Source of the DNA: Prasinococcaceae sp. CCMP 1430 | Lineage: Eukaryota > Plantae > Prasinodermophyta | Length of the DNA: 64,000 bases | NCBI GenBank assembly: GCA_013416795.1 | Contig: RQSC01000032.1 | Location: forward strand, 786,578-850,577 | Reading direction: 5' to 3' | In this document: positions 1 through 10,175 of the stretch, piece by piece | How the letters are laid out: each line of letters opens with the position of its first letter | Numbering within the stretch: position 1 is the first letter of the stretch | Made by a program: the position numbers and the translations under genes | The notes under the pieces: model-generated | Told to the model about the DNA's origin: nothing | What the model saw: only the letters and a program-made list of their open reading frames with translations | Database searches by the model: none

Positions 1-281
1 GCGGCGGTGGCAGCGGGCGGTGCCACACTTGGCACGAAGGCGGGGGCTGCCGCGGAGGCGACCAAGAGCGAGGCCGGCAGGCGCAGGAAGTCGCGCAGGC
101 TCGCGTAGGCGCGCGGGGGGGGGGAGGGGGGCCGCGTGGGCGCCCGTTCTCGCGGGGCGCGCGCGCGCGCATCCCGCGCTGGCGGCCCGCGGACCGCTGA
201 GTGGCTCTGCTGGGGAAAAAATAATTAATGCTTAAACCATCACACACACAAGGGACCCTCGCCAGCCCCGCCGCTCCGGCT

Positions 282-2660
282 TCACGCTGGCAAAAAGACC
301 TCGCGGATGGCCCGCGCGGCCACCCGCGACGTGAGCCTCTCGGTCAGCTCGGGCAGCACCTGGCTGGCCACGCGCGGCAGCAGCGGCGCGATTTCCGCCA
401 GCTGCTCCTGCGTGAGCGTGCCGCTGCTGTTGCCGCCGCTGCTGCCCCCCGCCACCAGGAACTGCACCATCTTCGTGACGTTCTCGACCTGCTTGCGGTC
501 TTCCTCGCTCACCTCGGGCACGAGCTGGAGCGAGTTGATTGCGCCCGGGAGAGGGACAGGGACGGCGAGAGACGAGACACCAAGCGACGACGCCAGCAGC
601 ACCAGCTGATCGCGCGAAAGGGCGTCGATGGACTTCACCACCTCGTCGAGCACGAACTCCCTGAAGAAGCCGCCCTCCTCGGACAGCACGAACGTCAGGG
701 CCTCACGAGAGGAGCCACTGCCGCCGTCACCACCGCCGCTCGCCGCCCCACCGAGAGACGAGAGCTGCATGGCGCCGAAAGGCGGCGTCGCCAACCCCGC
801 GCCGTCGGCGAAGACGCCGCTGAGCTGCGGGGGCAGCGGCAGGCCAGCCGGCAGCGGCGGCAGCGGCAGGCCGGCGGGAAGCGGAGGCAGCGGGAAGCCG
901 CCAGGGAGCGGCAGCGTCGGCGCGCTGGCTAGCGCCGGCACCAGGCTGCCTCCCTGACCGGATCCCTGGCTGCTGGTTGCGGCCGCGCCGCTGCTGGCGC
1001 GATCGTCCTGCGCGGCGTCCTTCTCGCCACCGTCCGGGGCGCCGTCGCCCATGGCAGTGCGCGAAGCCGCGGCGTAGGTCTCGAGTGCCTCCAGTAGGTC
1101 GATGACGCGGTCGGCATCGAAGGTGGTGCCCTTCCCGTAGACCATGTAACGCAAAGCAGCCCGCAGGCGCGGCGAGTCGTCCGTCAGCAGGCGGCGGGAA
1201 AGGTAGGGGTACGCCTCGTCGATGATTGCGAAGTCCTCGTCGGCCGTGAGCGCGATGCCCTCGAGCACACCAATGGCGCGGATGACGATGGCGAAGTAGG
1301 GAGGGATCTTGAAGGGGAAATCGAACGTGATCTGCGCGAGGTCGGCGGCCAGGTCCTGGAAGTTGATGGCCTTGGCGCCGCCACCTGCGAGGGCCGCGTC
1401 GAACACGCGCGCGAGGGCGGGTTTGATGGGGTCCGTATCGACGCCCGGGTCGATGAAGTCCAGGGTGACGAAGTCGTCCGCGATAGCGTCATAATCCCTG
1501 TGGATCAGGTGCGAGACCGCCTCGATCATGCCGATTTTGATGTCCTGGTCGAGCTCGGTCATCAGCCCGAAGTCAAGCACGGCGAGCTTGCCGTCGGGCG
1601 TCCTGATGAGGTTGCCAGGGTGCGGGTCAGCATGGAAGAAGCCGGTGTCCAGGAGCTGCTTCAGGTAGCACAGCACGCCCACATTGACGAGGTCGCCGAC
1701 GTCGTCGGCGGTCGACTGGCTGAGCTTCTCGCCTTCAACCCACGAGGTCGTGAGCACCTTCCGCGAGGTGTACTCCGCGTAGGTCTTCGGCACGACCACC
1801 TGCGGCAGATCGGCCTGCATCTGCTCGGCGAAGCGCGTGGCGTTGTCGCCCTCGCGCACGTAGTCGAGCTCCTCGAAGAACCGCGCGGCCCACTCGTCGA
1901 GCAACGCGACAACATCCACGCGCTCGACGAGCTCGGGGAAGTTGCGCAGCCACAGCCCGATCGTCCGGATGATGTACAGGTCGATGGTGACCGTCTCAAG
2001 GACGAAGGGGCGCTGCACCTTGACCGCCACGGTCTCCCCGGAATACAGCTTGCCCTTGTATACCTGTCCCAGGCTCGCCGCGGCGATGGGCTCGGGGGTG
2101 AGCTCGGCGTACACCTCGGAAACGGGCTTGCCGAGCTCCTCCTCGATGCACTCGTAGGCGATCTTGGAATCGAAGGAGGGCACCTTGTCGCACAGGCGCT
2201 GCAGCTCGACCATGGCAGCCGGCGAGAGCAGGTCGGGCCGGATCGCCAACGCCTGGCCGATCTTAATGTACGCGGGGCCCAGCGAGGTAACGATGTCGCG
2301 CAGCTCGATGGCGCGCTTCACCTCGTTCTCCTTGAGGGTGCCGCGCACGGCGTCCAGCGCGAGGCCGGCCACGAACGAGCCGGCCACCGAGGTGAGCTGC
2401 ACGATGCGCTTCGCGATGGCACCCTTGCGCGCACCCCAGTACGCGGCGATGCCCGTCGGCGAGTACACCAGCGGCAGCGCGTCCTCGGAGCCGACGTTGG
2501 CGGAGCTGCCGTCGAAGTCGAGCAGCCGCATGTTGACGTCGGCGCTCGCAAAGTCCTCCTCGTTGAGGTTTGAGCCGCGAAGGCCTGCCATCAGCGCGCT
2601 GAGGTCCTCGTCCTCCTCCATCTGGCGCCGCACGTCCTTCATCTGCGCGGCCATCTCCTT
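282..2660 (-). CDS. ABC1 atypical kinase, ABC1K6 (At3g24190)-like; native N-terminus/transit peptide missing or replaced
   Basis: ABC1 motifs LGPAYIKIGQALAIRPD, PIAAASLGQVYKG, VAVKVQRP, FFHADPHPGN, LDFG. The segment QMEEDEDLSALMAGLRG...LPLVYSP..IAAYWG and the C-terminal FFREFVLDEVVK match the plant ABC1K6 type as recalled. Confidence 0.9.
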   Translation of the reverse strand, partial: KEMAAQMKDVRRQMEEDEDLSALMAGLRGSNLNEEDFASADVNMRLLDFDGSSANVGSEDALPLVYSPTGIAAYWGARKGAIAKRIVQLTSVAGSFVAGLALDAVRGTLKENEVKRAIELRDIVTSLGPAYIKIGQALAIRPDLLSPAAMVELQRLCDKVPSFDSKIAYECIEEELGKPVSEVYAELTPEPIAAASLGQVYKGKLYSGETVAVKVQRPFVLETVTIDLYIIRTIGLWLRNFPELVERVDVVALLDEWAARFFEELDYVREGDNATRFAEQMQADLPQVVVPKTYAEYTSRKVLTTSWVEGEKLSQSTADDVGDLVNVGVLCYLKQLLDTGFFHADPHPGNLIRTPDGKLAVLDFGLMTELDQDIKIGMIEAVSHLIHRDYDAIADDFVTLDFIDPGVDTDPIKPALARVFDAALAGGGAKAINFQDLAADLAQITFDFPFKIPPYFAIVIRAIGVLEGIALTADEDFAIIDEAYPYLSRRLLTDDSPRLRAALRYMVYGKGTTFDADRVIDLLEALETYAAASRTAMGDGAPDGGEKDAAQDDRASSGAAATSSQGSGQGGSLVPALASAPTLPLPGGFPLPPLPAGLPLPPLPAGLPLPPQLSGVFADGAGLATPPFGAMQLSSLGGAASGGGDGGSGSSREALTFVLSEEGGFFREFVLDEVVKSIDALSRDQLVLLASSLGVSSLAVPVPLPGAINSLQLVPEVSEEDRKQVENVTKMVQFLVAGGSSGGNSSGTLTQEQLAEIAPLLPRVASQVLPELTERLTSRVAARAIREVFLPA

Positions 2661-3188
2661 GACGTTCACCGAGCCGCCGCCAAAGCCGAGGAAGCTGCCG
2701 CCGAACGCGCTGACGTTGCGGTTGCGGCTCGACTGGCGGTCATAGGCCGAGGCGCGATAGTCGCGCTTGGCCTGGTCGGTCGCCCGCATGTCGAACTTCA
2801 CCTTGGCGGTGATCGAGCCGTCGGTCACCACGATCCGGTTGATCCCCAGCATCACCATCGAGGCAAGCAGCTGCTGGCGCGACTTGGCCATGACGATGCG
2901 CGCGGCGTTGACGAAGCCGATCTCGGCCTCCTCCTCGCTCAGGTCCGACGGAGCCGGGCCGCTCATGCCGAGCGTCGCGTGGATTTCGCTCAGCGCGGCT
3001 TCCTCGTCCTCCCCGGTGACGCGCAGCTTCGACTTGCCGCTGTCCTCGTCGACATCGAGCGCGAGCAGGTCGGGGAAGCGATCGACCATGTAATCGCGGC
3101 CCTGACCCATGCCGATATTCTCGGCCATATACTCCTCCGCGGTCTTGGCGACGGCGGAGATCAGCTCGGCATAGGCCCGCATCTGCTA
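2661..3188 (-). other. Bacterial-looking coding segment fused in frame to the kinase 5' end
   Basis: Reads QMRAYAELISAVAKTAEEYMAENI...GRDYMVDRFPD...SRQQLLASMVMLGINRIVVTDGSITAKVKFD. No resemblance to a transit peptide. In-frame TAG lies just upstream at 3186-3188. Similarity to bacterial hypothetical proteins is from recall only. Confidence 0.55.
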
Positions 3189-3402
3189 CGCGCCCCGGCG
3201 GAATTCGGCGCGAGCGGCTCTGGGGGCGCCCGCGGCTCGCCACGCGTGGCGCGCTCTCGGGCGGCAGGCGGATGCGCATGCGGATGCGGATTGGTTGGGA
3301 TGGGTTGGAGAGTATCGCAGATGCTGCTGCTGCCGAGGCCGGATCCGCTGTCCTGCCTGGCGCCGCCGCAGGAAGCGGGAGCGGAAGCGCCGCCCAGGTC
3401 GA

Positions 3403-3546
3403 ATCGATCCATCAATCCATCCATGTCCGTTCTGCCACCAAATGTATCCACATGGGATAAAATTTGCCGCGAAATGATCCCATATGGATGCACTACATTT
3501 CGGACGCTGGGAGGTAGAACGGACATCGATCGATCGATGGATCGAT
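3403..3546. repeat. Imperfect fold-back inverted repeat in the divergent ABC1K/P2X intergenic region
   Basis: Paired arms ATCGATCCATC/GATGGATCGAT, ATGTCCGTTCTGCC/GGTAGAACGGACAT and ATCCACATGGGAT/ATCCCATATGGAT around a short loop; lower GC than the flanks. Confidence 0.7.
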
Positions 3547-3800
3547 GGAGTTTCGATCGAGATCGAGCATCGACGAAATGTGAATGAATCCGAGGTTGGA
3601 ACGCGGGTGGAAGCGCGCGCCGACGGCGCGACGCTCGCAGAGGATCGGATCCGATTTCTGGGGCGCGAATCTCCGAGCCGAGCCGAGCTCGGGCGCGAGG
3701 CGCGGCGGTCGGTCGGCAGCCGGCGCGCTGCCGCCTCGCTGGCGAGGGGGGCGAGGGACGCGCGGAGGGGGCGGGCGGGCGCGCGCGGCGGGCGCGCGCC

Positions 3801-5069
3801 ATGGCGCGCCTCTTCATGCAGCGCATCGCGAGCGCGCTGTCCTACACGACTGTGCGGCAGGTCAAGGTCCACTCCGTCACGGTGGGCCTCATCTACGCGG
3901 GCCTGTGCGCCGTCATCGTCGCGTACGTGCTGGGCTACGAGTTCTTCCTTGGCCACGGATACCAGGACGCCGAGACGGTGAAGGGGACCGTCCAGGTCAA
4001 GGTGAAGGGCACAGCGCGGTCGGACTGCGCGATGGGGCTCCGGGACTGCGTGGACGGCATGCGCGTGTGGGACACCACCGACCTGACCCTCAAGGCTGAA
4101 AACAGCGTGTTCATCACGACCGCGCTGCAAAACACGGTGCAAACGCAGGGGCGATGTGCGGGCGCGCGCTCGGACCCGTTGCAGCCCCACTTCGACGAAA
4201 ACTGCACGGCCGCGCCGACGGGCATGTGCCTGGACGGGCACGTGAGCTGGTCGGGGGTGCAGACGGGCAGGTGCCTGCCCGCAGACCAGGAAGGCACGCG
4301 CTGGTGCGAGGTGCGCGGCTGGTGCCCCGCCGAGAGAGAGCGGGTGGAGCCGCTTCCAATGCAAGGCGTGGACGAATGGACGCTCTTCGTGCGGCTCTAC
4401 GGCGAATTCGCCAAGTTCGGCGAGTCGTTCGACAATGCCAACGGCACGAGCCTCGTGGAGGGATACAACCTCTTCTCGGTGCGGGACCTGCTTGGCCGCG
4501 CGGGGATCGAGTACGATACGATACGCTCGGGTGGCGTCGACCTGCTCATGCAATTTGCGCTGGATTGCAATCTGGACTCAAGCGAACAGTGCGTGCCCGC
4601 TCTCACCGTGGCGCGCGTCGAGGCGGAAGACTCCGAACTCAGCAAGGGTTTCAACGAGCGGACCGCCATCCTTTTCTCGCAGCTCCAGGGCAACGCCACG
4701 GACGGGAGCGCCGAGACCAAGCTCGCGCGCGAGCTGTGGAAGCGATACGGCATCAAAGTGCGCATACTGCTCACCGGCCAAGCGAGGAGGTTCGACGCCG
4801 TTGTGGCTGCGACGCGGCTGGGCGCTGGCTTGGCGTTGTTGAGTGTCGCCACTGTGATTGCGGACTTGCTCATCCTGTATGTTCTGCCGCGCAGGAGCGA
4901 GTACTACAGCCACAAATTCGATGAAGTGTACATCAACCATGACCATGATGGAGCACACGACGGTACGGAAGCCCATGAGGACGAGCTCGCCGGGGCGTGG
5001 AGGCAGGCCCCTCCGTCAGCGGCGCAGACCGCGAGGGAGCCGCTCATGCTCGGAACGTCGCGCGGGTGA
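3801..5069 (+). CDS. P2X purinoceptor-like ATP-gated ion channel
   Basis: YTTVRQV before TM1; QVKVKG (ATP-binding lysines); Cys-rich head GRC...WCEVRGWCP; CNLD..C; GFNER (NFR equivalent); RELWKRYGIK; TM2 GAGLALLSVATVIADL; C-terminal YYSHK (YxxxK). Intronless, with TGTAA at about 5078. Confidence 0.9.
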   Translation: MARLFMQRIASALSYTTVRQVKVHSVTVGLIYAGLCAVIVAYVLGYEFFLGHGYQDAETVKGTVQVKVKGTARSDCAMGLRDCVDGMRVWDTTDLTLKAENSVFITTALQNTVQTQGRCAGARSDPLQPHFDENCTAAPTGMCLDGHVSWSGVQTGRCLPADQEGTRWCEVRGWCPAERERVEPLPMQGVDEWTLFVRLYGEFAKFGESFDNANGTSLVEGYNLFSVRDLLGRAGIEYDTIRSGGVDLLMQFALDCNLDSSEQCVPALTVARVEAEDSELSKGFNERTAILFSQLQGNATDGSAETKLARELWKRYGIKVRILLTGQARRFDAVVAATRLGAGLALLSVATVIADLLILYVLPRRSEYYSHKFDEVYINHDHDGAHDGTEAHEDELAGAWRQAPPSAAQTAREPLMLGTSRG

Positions 5070-5195
5070 CCAGCAGCTGTAACAAACACAACGCAGGGAA
5101 TTTTGAGAGCGAGCGCGTCGTGCCTCACAGACGTTGGTTTGCATTTTCTTAAATTAGAGGAGTCCCACTGATGAGCGGGCTTTGCACGAGCCCGC

Positions 5196-8100
5196 TCACT
5201 TCCAGCGCCTCGCGAGGTCCTTGCGGTGCGCCAGCTTCGACGCGACAAGCGTGGCCACGACCATACCCACAACTGTGACGGTGAGCAGAAGGTAGTTGAA
5301 GCTGTCCGAGATGGTGTCGTAGGAGCGCGAGGGCGCCAGCCGTGTCAAATACCTGTCGAGCCCCACGGCGAACACCAGGCAGGTGCTCTCCAGATGCGTG
5401 GGCGCCACCTCAATGAGGCGAAGCTTCGCCACGGTGTGCTTGTGCGTCAGCATGCGCCGCGGGTCGACCGGCAACATTTCTGAGTAGGGCGGTAGGCGCT
5501 CCTCCTTGCTTGCCGCCGTGGGCTTGAGCGGCCTGCGCGGATCGAGCAGCCTGCGGTCGAGCGCGAGCACCTGATCCGTCCCCGTGCCTAGCAGCACCTG
5601 CCGCGCGGTCACTCCCTGCGCTGTGCTCGTCGCGGCCATCGCGCGGGCGCTCATTGGAATGTAGTAGGTCTGCGCGAGCACGCGCAGGGGCGGCAGCGAG
5701 TGTGAGCTCGCTGTGGGCGCCTCCACTTCGGCGCCCAGCAGCCGCATGATGCCCTCCTTGATATGGGACGGCCGGTCGCGCGTGTCGTCGAAGAGCTCGA
5801 GCACGCTCATCTCGTTGCGCATGGCCTCCTCACTCCAGTAGTGGTACACCACCCAGTTCTCGTAGAACGCCGCCTGCACGGGGCCGCTGCTGCCAAGGTG
5901 CAGCGTGCGGTACAGCACGCGACCGGTGGCGGTGTCCAGGATGTACACGACCAGCCCAGGCACGACAGGAGCGCTGCCAACGCTGGCGTCCGCGCCGCTC
6001 TCAGCGCCATCCTCGTCGTCCTGCGCGCGCACAGCGGTGGCGAAGACAGCGGCCGTGTTGGGGCCGAGGTATTTGTAGAGCGCGGATCGGTCACCGAGCA
6101 CCTTGACCTGCGTGTGCACGGCGTCGGCGGTGCGCTCCACGACTGCCTCCATGCGTTCGCTGGGCGGAAGCGTCAGCTGCCACAGCGGCGCGCGGCGCAC
6201 GCCCACGGCGGCGGCCGCATCGGGCACCAGTCCGTAGCCGCGAATCTCGCCAGAAACCTCGTCGGACTCGTAGTAGAACACTTTGCTCGCACGCGATGCA
6301 AGCGCCTCGCGCGCGTCGGCCGCGGCGATGGGATCGGCGGCATCGCCACCGGTCACACCCACGAGGTGCAGCTCGCCGGACGCGCCAACGAGTAGCACGG
6401 GGCGCTCGCCGCGCGAGCCCTCGAAGGCCTCGCCCGCCAACGGGATGGCGCGCGTCGCGGCGATGGGCAGCACCTCCTCGGCCAGCACCGCGCCGTCCGA
6501 AGCGCGGATCCACATTGCGCGGGTAGTGGCGCCGCCAGGGACCGCCCCCAGCGCGAGGAGTTCGTGCTCGGTGCCATCTTCACCGCCCTCACGCCAAGGC
6601 AACACCGCGCGCAGAGCACCATCGCCCGCAGCGCCAGCGCCAAGGTACGCGCTCCACAGGGCGCGCCCGTCGCCCGAGTGTAGCCCGAAGACCTTGCCAG
6701 CGGCAGTGAGGCATACGATGAGCTGACGCAGCCCCACCGGGTCGCGGTGGGGATTTGTCTTGGAAGGGTCGGCAGCGCGGAGCACCTGCAGCTCCTCGTA
6801 TTCGGCGCGGGTGGCCAAACGGAGGCTGAGCTTCATGTTGAGTACTTGCATCCGCCACAGCTCGTCCGGCGAGCGGCTGCTGGCGACCGGAACGGCGCCG
6901 GCGCTCTCGTCGACAGGGAGCTCAACGAAGTGCGCGGTCACAATTGAGGCCAGCGCTTCCTCGCGCTCCCACGCCACGACGCCCTGCTGCATCAGCGCAA
7001 GGGAGTGGTCCTCGCTGGCGAGCACGCAGCGGTAGCCAGCGCTGCCATCCTTGCGAGTGTACACAGAGAGCGTCGCCAACACTGCACCGCCGTGCGCCGC
7101 ACCGCCGCGCCCGTCGACGTCCATCGTGGACACGATTGAACCATCGGAAAAGTCAAAGACTGTGAGGCGCGTCGCATCGGCGGCCGATGCGTCCACAATC
7201 GCGCCGAGCACCGCAGCCGATTTCGGTGCGATGACCGCAGCCGTAGCAGCTGCGCCTGCTGGCACTGCGTGGATCACCCTGGGCGGCGCTGCGGCCGAGA
7301 CGGAGAGAACCGCACCGCTCACCACAGATCCGTCTGCGCCACGCGCACGCAGGCCGATCGCACCGGCGGGCGCATCCTCGCCCAGCGCGTGGGCCGCCAC
7401 GCGCGAGCCTGGTGCGTTTGTGTCGACAATGCCAGCAAGCGGGTACTGCGCAGCCTTGATCTTTTTGCCAGCGGCCTCCGCGGTGGCAACGACGAGCGCA
7501 TCACCCGCGGCGCTAACGCCTACCAGTGCTGTGCCTTGCCCCGCCACTGCTAGCCCCGCTCCGGTCGCCACCTCCTTTGGCAGGCGCTGCGAGGCTGAGC
7601 GCTCGATGTCGCCGAGCTGTACGTCATAGCGCAGTGCCTCCAGCGTGCCGGCGGCGCCCGAGGTCACATCCGCGAGCGCGGCAACAACGAGCGCATCCGC
7701 GCCAGAGCCTTCCACGAGCGGCTGGTACATCGCCACGGGCCGCGCGTCCGTCGCAGCGAGCTTGGTGGCTGCATCCGACGCCCACACGAGCTCACCATCG
7801 ACGGCCGAGTGCACGCTCACGCCGCCAGCGGAGAGCACGGCGAGATCTGGCTCACCGTCGCGGTCGGCATCGGTGCGCAGCGCAAGCAGCGCGACGGCAG
7901 TGCGGCGCGGGTCCTGTGCAGCCTCGTCACCGCCGTACACAAGCGTCTCCCAAAGCAGCGTGCCGTCCTCGGGCGCCCACGCGCGCAGGTGCTTGCCGCC
8001 ACCGGAGAGCGACACGAGCGCGCCGCCTGCCCACGTGAGCGCATCGGCTTCGTCACCGTCGTCCAGAACGTGTCGCCACGCGAGCTCGCCAGTCTTGAGC

Positions 8101-8339
8101 TCTATGCATGCGAGCGCGCCGCTCGCGCCTGCCACGTACGCGTGCCGCCGGCGCGCGGCGGGCAGCAGCACGTGCGCGACCTCACCGATGCCCTGCGCGT
8201 GCCAGTCGATCACGCCCACCTGGTCGGCGGTGAGCGCGCGTGCCGCACGCGGCGCGAGCGCAGCGGCGAGCAGCGCGAGCGCGGCGGATGCCACCAGGGC
8301 GGCCGGGCCCGCACGGCGGGGTGATCGGCGAGGCGCCAT
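5196..8339 (-). CDS. EMC1: ER membrane protein complex subunit 1
   Basis: Signal peptide then ALTADQVGVIDWH; PQQ-like beta-propeller; WEREEALASI; C-terminal ENWVVYHYW, STCLVFAVGLDRYLTRLAPSRSYDTISDSFNY and a terminal TM ending in RRWK. Confidence 0.92.
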   Translation of the reverse strand: MAPRRSPRRAGPAALVASAALALLAAALAPRAARALTADQVGVIDWHAQGIGEVAHVLLPAARRRHAYVAGASGALACIELKTGELAWRHVLDDGDEADALTWAGGALVSLSGGGKHLRAWAPEDGTLLWETLVYGGDEAAQDPRRTAVALLALRTDADRDGEPDLAVLSAGGVSVHSAVDGELVWASDAATKLAATDARPVAMYQPLVEGSGADALVVAALADVTSGAAGTLEALRYDVQLGDIERSASQRLPKEVATGAGLAVAGQGTALVGVSAAGDALVVATAEAAGKKIKAAQYPLAGIVDTNAPGSRVAAHALGEDAPAGAIGLRARGADGSVVSGAVLSVSAAAPPRVIHAVPAGAAATAAVIAPKSAAVLGAIVDASAADATRLTVFDFSDGSIVSTMDVDGRGGAAHGGAVLATLSVYTRKDGSAGYRCVLASEDHSLALMQQGVVAWEREEALASIVTAHFVELPVDESAGAVPVASSRSPDELWRMQVLNMKLSLRLATRAEYEELQVLRAADPSKTNPHRDPVGLRQLIVCLTAAGKVFGLHSGDGRALWSAYLGAGAAGDGALRAVLPWREGGEDGTEHELLALGAVPGGATTRAMWIRASDGAVLAEEVLPIAATRAIPLAGEAFEGSRGERPVLLVGASGELHLVGVTGGDAADPIAAADAREALASRASKVFYYESDEVSGEIRGYGLVPDAAAAVGVRRAPLWQLTLPPSERMEAVVERTADAVHTQVKVLGDRSALYKYLGPNTAAVFATAVRAQDDEDGAESGADASVGSAPVVPGLVVYILDTATGRVLYRTLHLGSSGPVQAAFYENWVVYHYWSEEAMRNEMSVLELFDDTRDRPSHIKEGIMRLLGAEVEAPTASSHSLPPLRVLAQTYYIPMSARAMAATSTAQGVTARQVLLGTGTDQVLALDRRLLDPRRPLKPTAASKEERLPPYSEMLPVDPRRMLTHKHTVAKLRLIEVAPTHLESTCLVFAVGLDRYLTRLAPSRSYDTISDSFNYLLLTVTVVGMVVATLVASKLAHRKDLARRWK

Positions 8340-8827
8340 GGCGCCACCCCCGGGGAAGGGGTGGGGGGTAGGGCGCGCGCCGCGCGCACGCTCTGGCGCC
8401 GCCAATGGCCGAGGCGACCTAAACCTAACAAGCCTTTGATTGGGCAATTTCTTCGTGATTGTGGAGGTGGTTTGCTGGCGTTCGGCTGCTAGAGAGAGGG
8501 ATGCGAGGACGCGAGCGAGCACGTCGCGCGAACACGCCAGCCGCCGCCACGGAGCTGGCAAGCGCGCCAGCGGTCCCCGCCAGCGCGCTGGAGCTTGGCG
8601 ACGCGGCGTGCGAGTGCGACGCCATTGCGGGCATTGACGGGTGGGCCGGACGCGCGCGGGTGGCCGCGGCGCGTAGCGCCACATGTGCCGGCAGCCCCTG
8701 AGCGAATTCACGAGCGCGCAGCTTGTTTGCCTCCTCGCACATCCGCGCGATTGTTACAGGTGCTCAGCGTCCGCACGGGCGGTGCTCGGGCCACATGGCT
8801 CGCCCTGCCGCCGTCACGCGTGCTTGC

Positions 8828-9938
8828 TCACGCCGGCAGCGAGAGCCGCTCGTTGTTCTTCCAGCTGCAGGCGTGCGCGCGGCACAGCGCGTGTGGCAAG
8901 CGGAGGCGTCAGAGCGCGCTCAGGGGAAGGCGATCGCACGCACGCGCACGCGCGGGCGCGCGCGCACCTCAGGAGATAGTAGTAAAAGAAATCGCAGTAG
9001 ATGGCCGTCTGGACCGCGCCCGAGATCCACACGATCCACTGCTTGTACCCCGGCTCGGTCATGTATCTGTACACCCAGTTGAGGAGATACAGGCCGCGGT
9101 ACGCCCCCAGCGCAAACACGTAGTTGCCCGTCAGGTTGTCGACATTCTTTGTGCGCTGCAGCAGCACGAGCTGGGGCAGGATCGCCACAGCCTCGAGGTA
9201 GATCGAAAACGTCCACAGCACCTCGGTAAAGCTGAACTCGTGGTTGATCAGGAGGGCGAGGACGCCGCACGGCACGATGATGAAGAGGTACCGGAAGGTG
9301 TCCTGGTCCTTATCGTACGTCTGGGACACGACCTTGTGCGCGCGCATGTACCACACGATGGTGAATGCCGTGCCTAGGAAGATCAGCTTCATGCAGGTGT
9401 TGTACAGCGAGATGAACGAGTACAACAGGTCCAAGTAGCGCGTCATGAATACGAGGGCATACAGCTCCTGCGTCTTGAGCGAGATGCCTGCGAGCGGATT
9501 CGGCAGCGCAGCACGGGGCGATCGGTTGAGGGCGGTCAATCGCACGCGCGCGAGAGAGTGCAGGCGGTCGCGTCAGTGGAGGGAGCGCCGCGGCAGGGTC
9601 ATGCATGCGCGGCACAGGCGAGCGCGGCGGCGCCGTGGCGCATGCTCGCACGTGCATGCAAGCGCGTGTCCAGTCACATACGCGACCCACGCGCGCACGA
9701 GCGCGCCAGCGAGGCGAGCGACCCAAATCCACCGCGCCCCCATCCATGGCCCCCACCCTGGCCTCCCATCACATGCCGTCACGCCTCCATCCTGTCCCGC
9801 CCCTTTGCCGCGGCGCGGCGCGCGCGTGCCCCCGCCCACCGCACCTGCGCACGACCGCGTCGCGTGGATCTTGAGCAGCAGCATGACGATCGACATGAGG
9901 TGCGTCATGTCGCCCATGAGCCTGAATATGTTCATCAT
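8828..9938 (-). CDS. ERD2: ER lumen protein-retaining (KDEL/HDEL) receptor; exons 9938/9935-9845, 9487-8968, 8864-8828
   Basis: MNIFRLMGDMTHL...SCAG|ISLKTQELYALVFMTRYLDL...WTFSIYLEAVAILPQL...QTAIYCDFFYYYLLS|WKNNERLSLPA; GT-AG introns restore the frame. Confidence 0.95.
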
Positions 9939-10175
9939 GGCGAGCGGCGGTGGCGGTGGCGGCGGCCTCTCGGCGCTCTCCCTCGCTTCTCGGCTCGCTG
10001 CCTCCCCCCGGGTGTGCGCGCGGGGGCGCGGCGCGGCGGGGACGCCGCGCGGTGTCTGGCGCACGCGGCACCGCCGGCGCTGCCAGTACCGCTGGCAGAG
10101 GTGGTCTCCGACTGCATCTTGACAGCCCTTCGCCGGGCAGTCTGGACGCGCGCTCGCGGCGGCGCGCGCGGCGCC

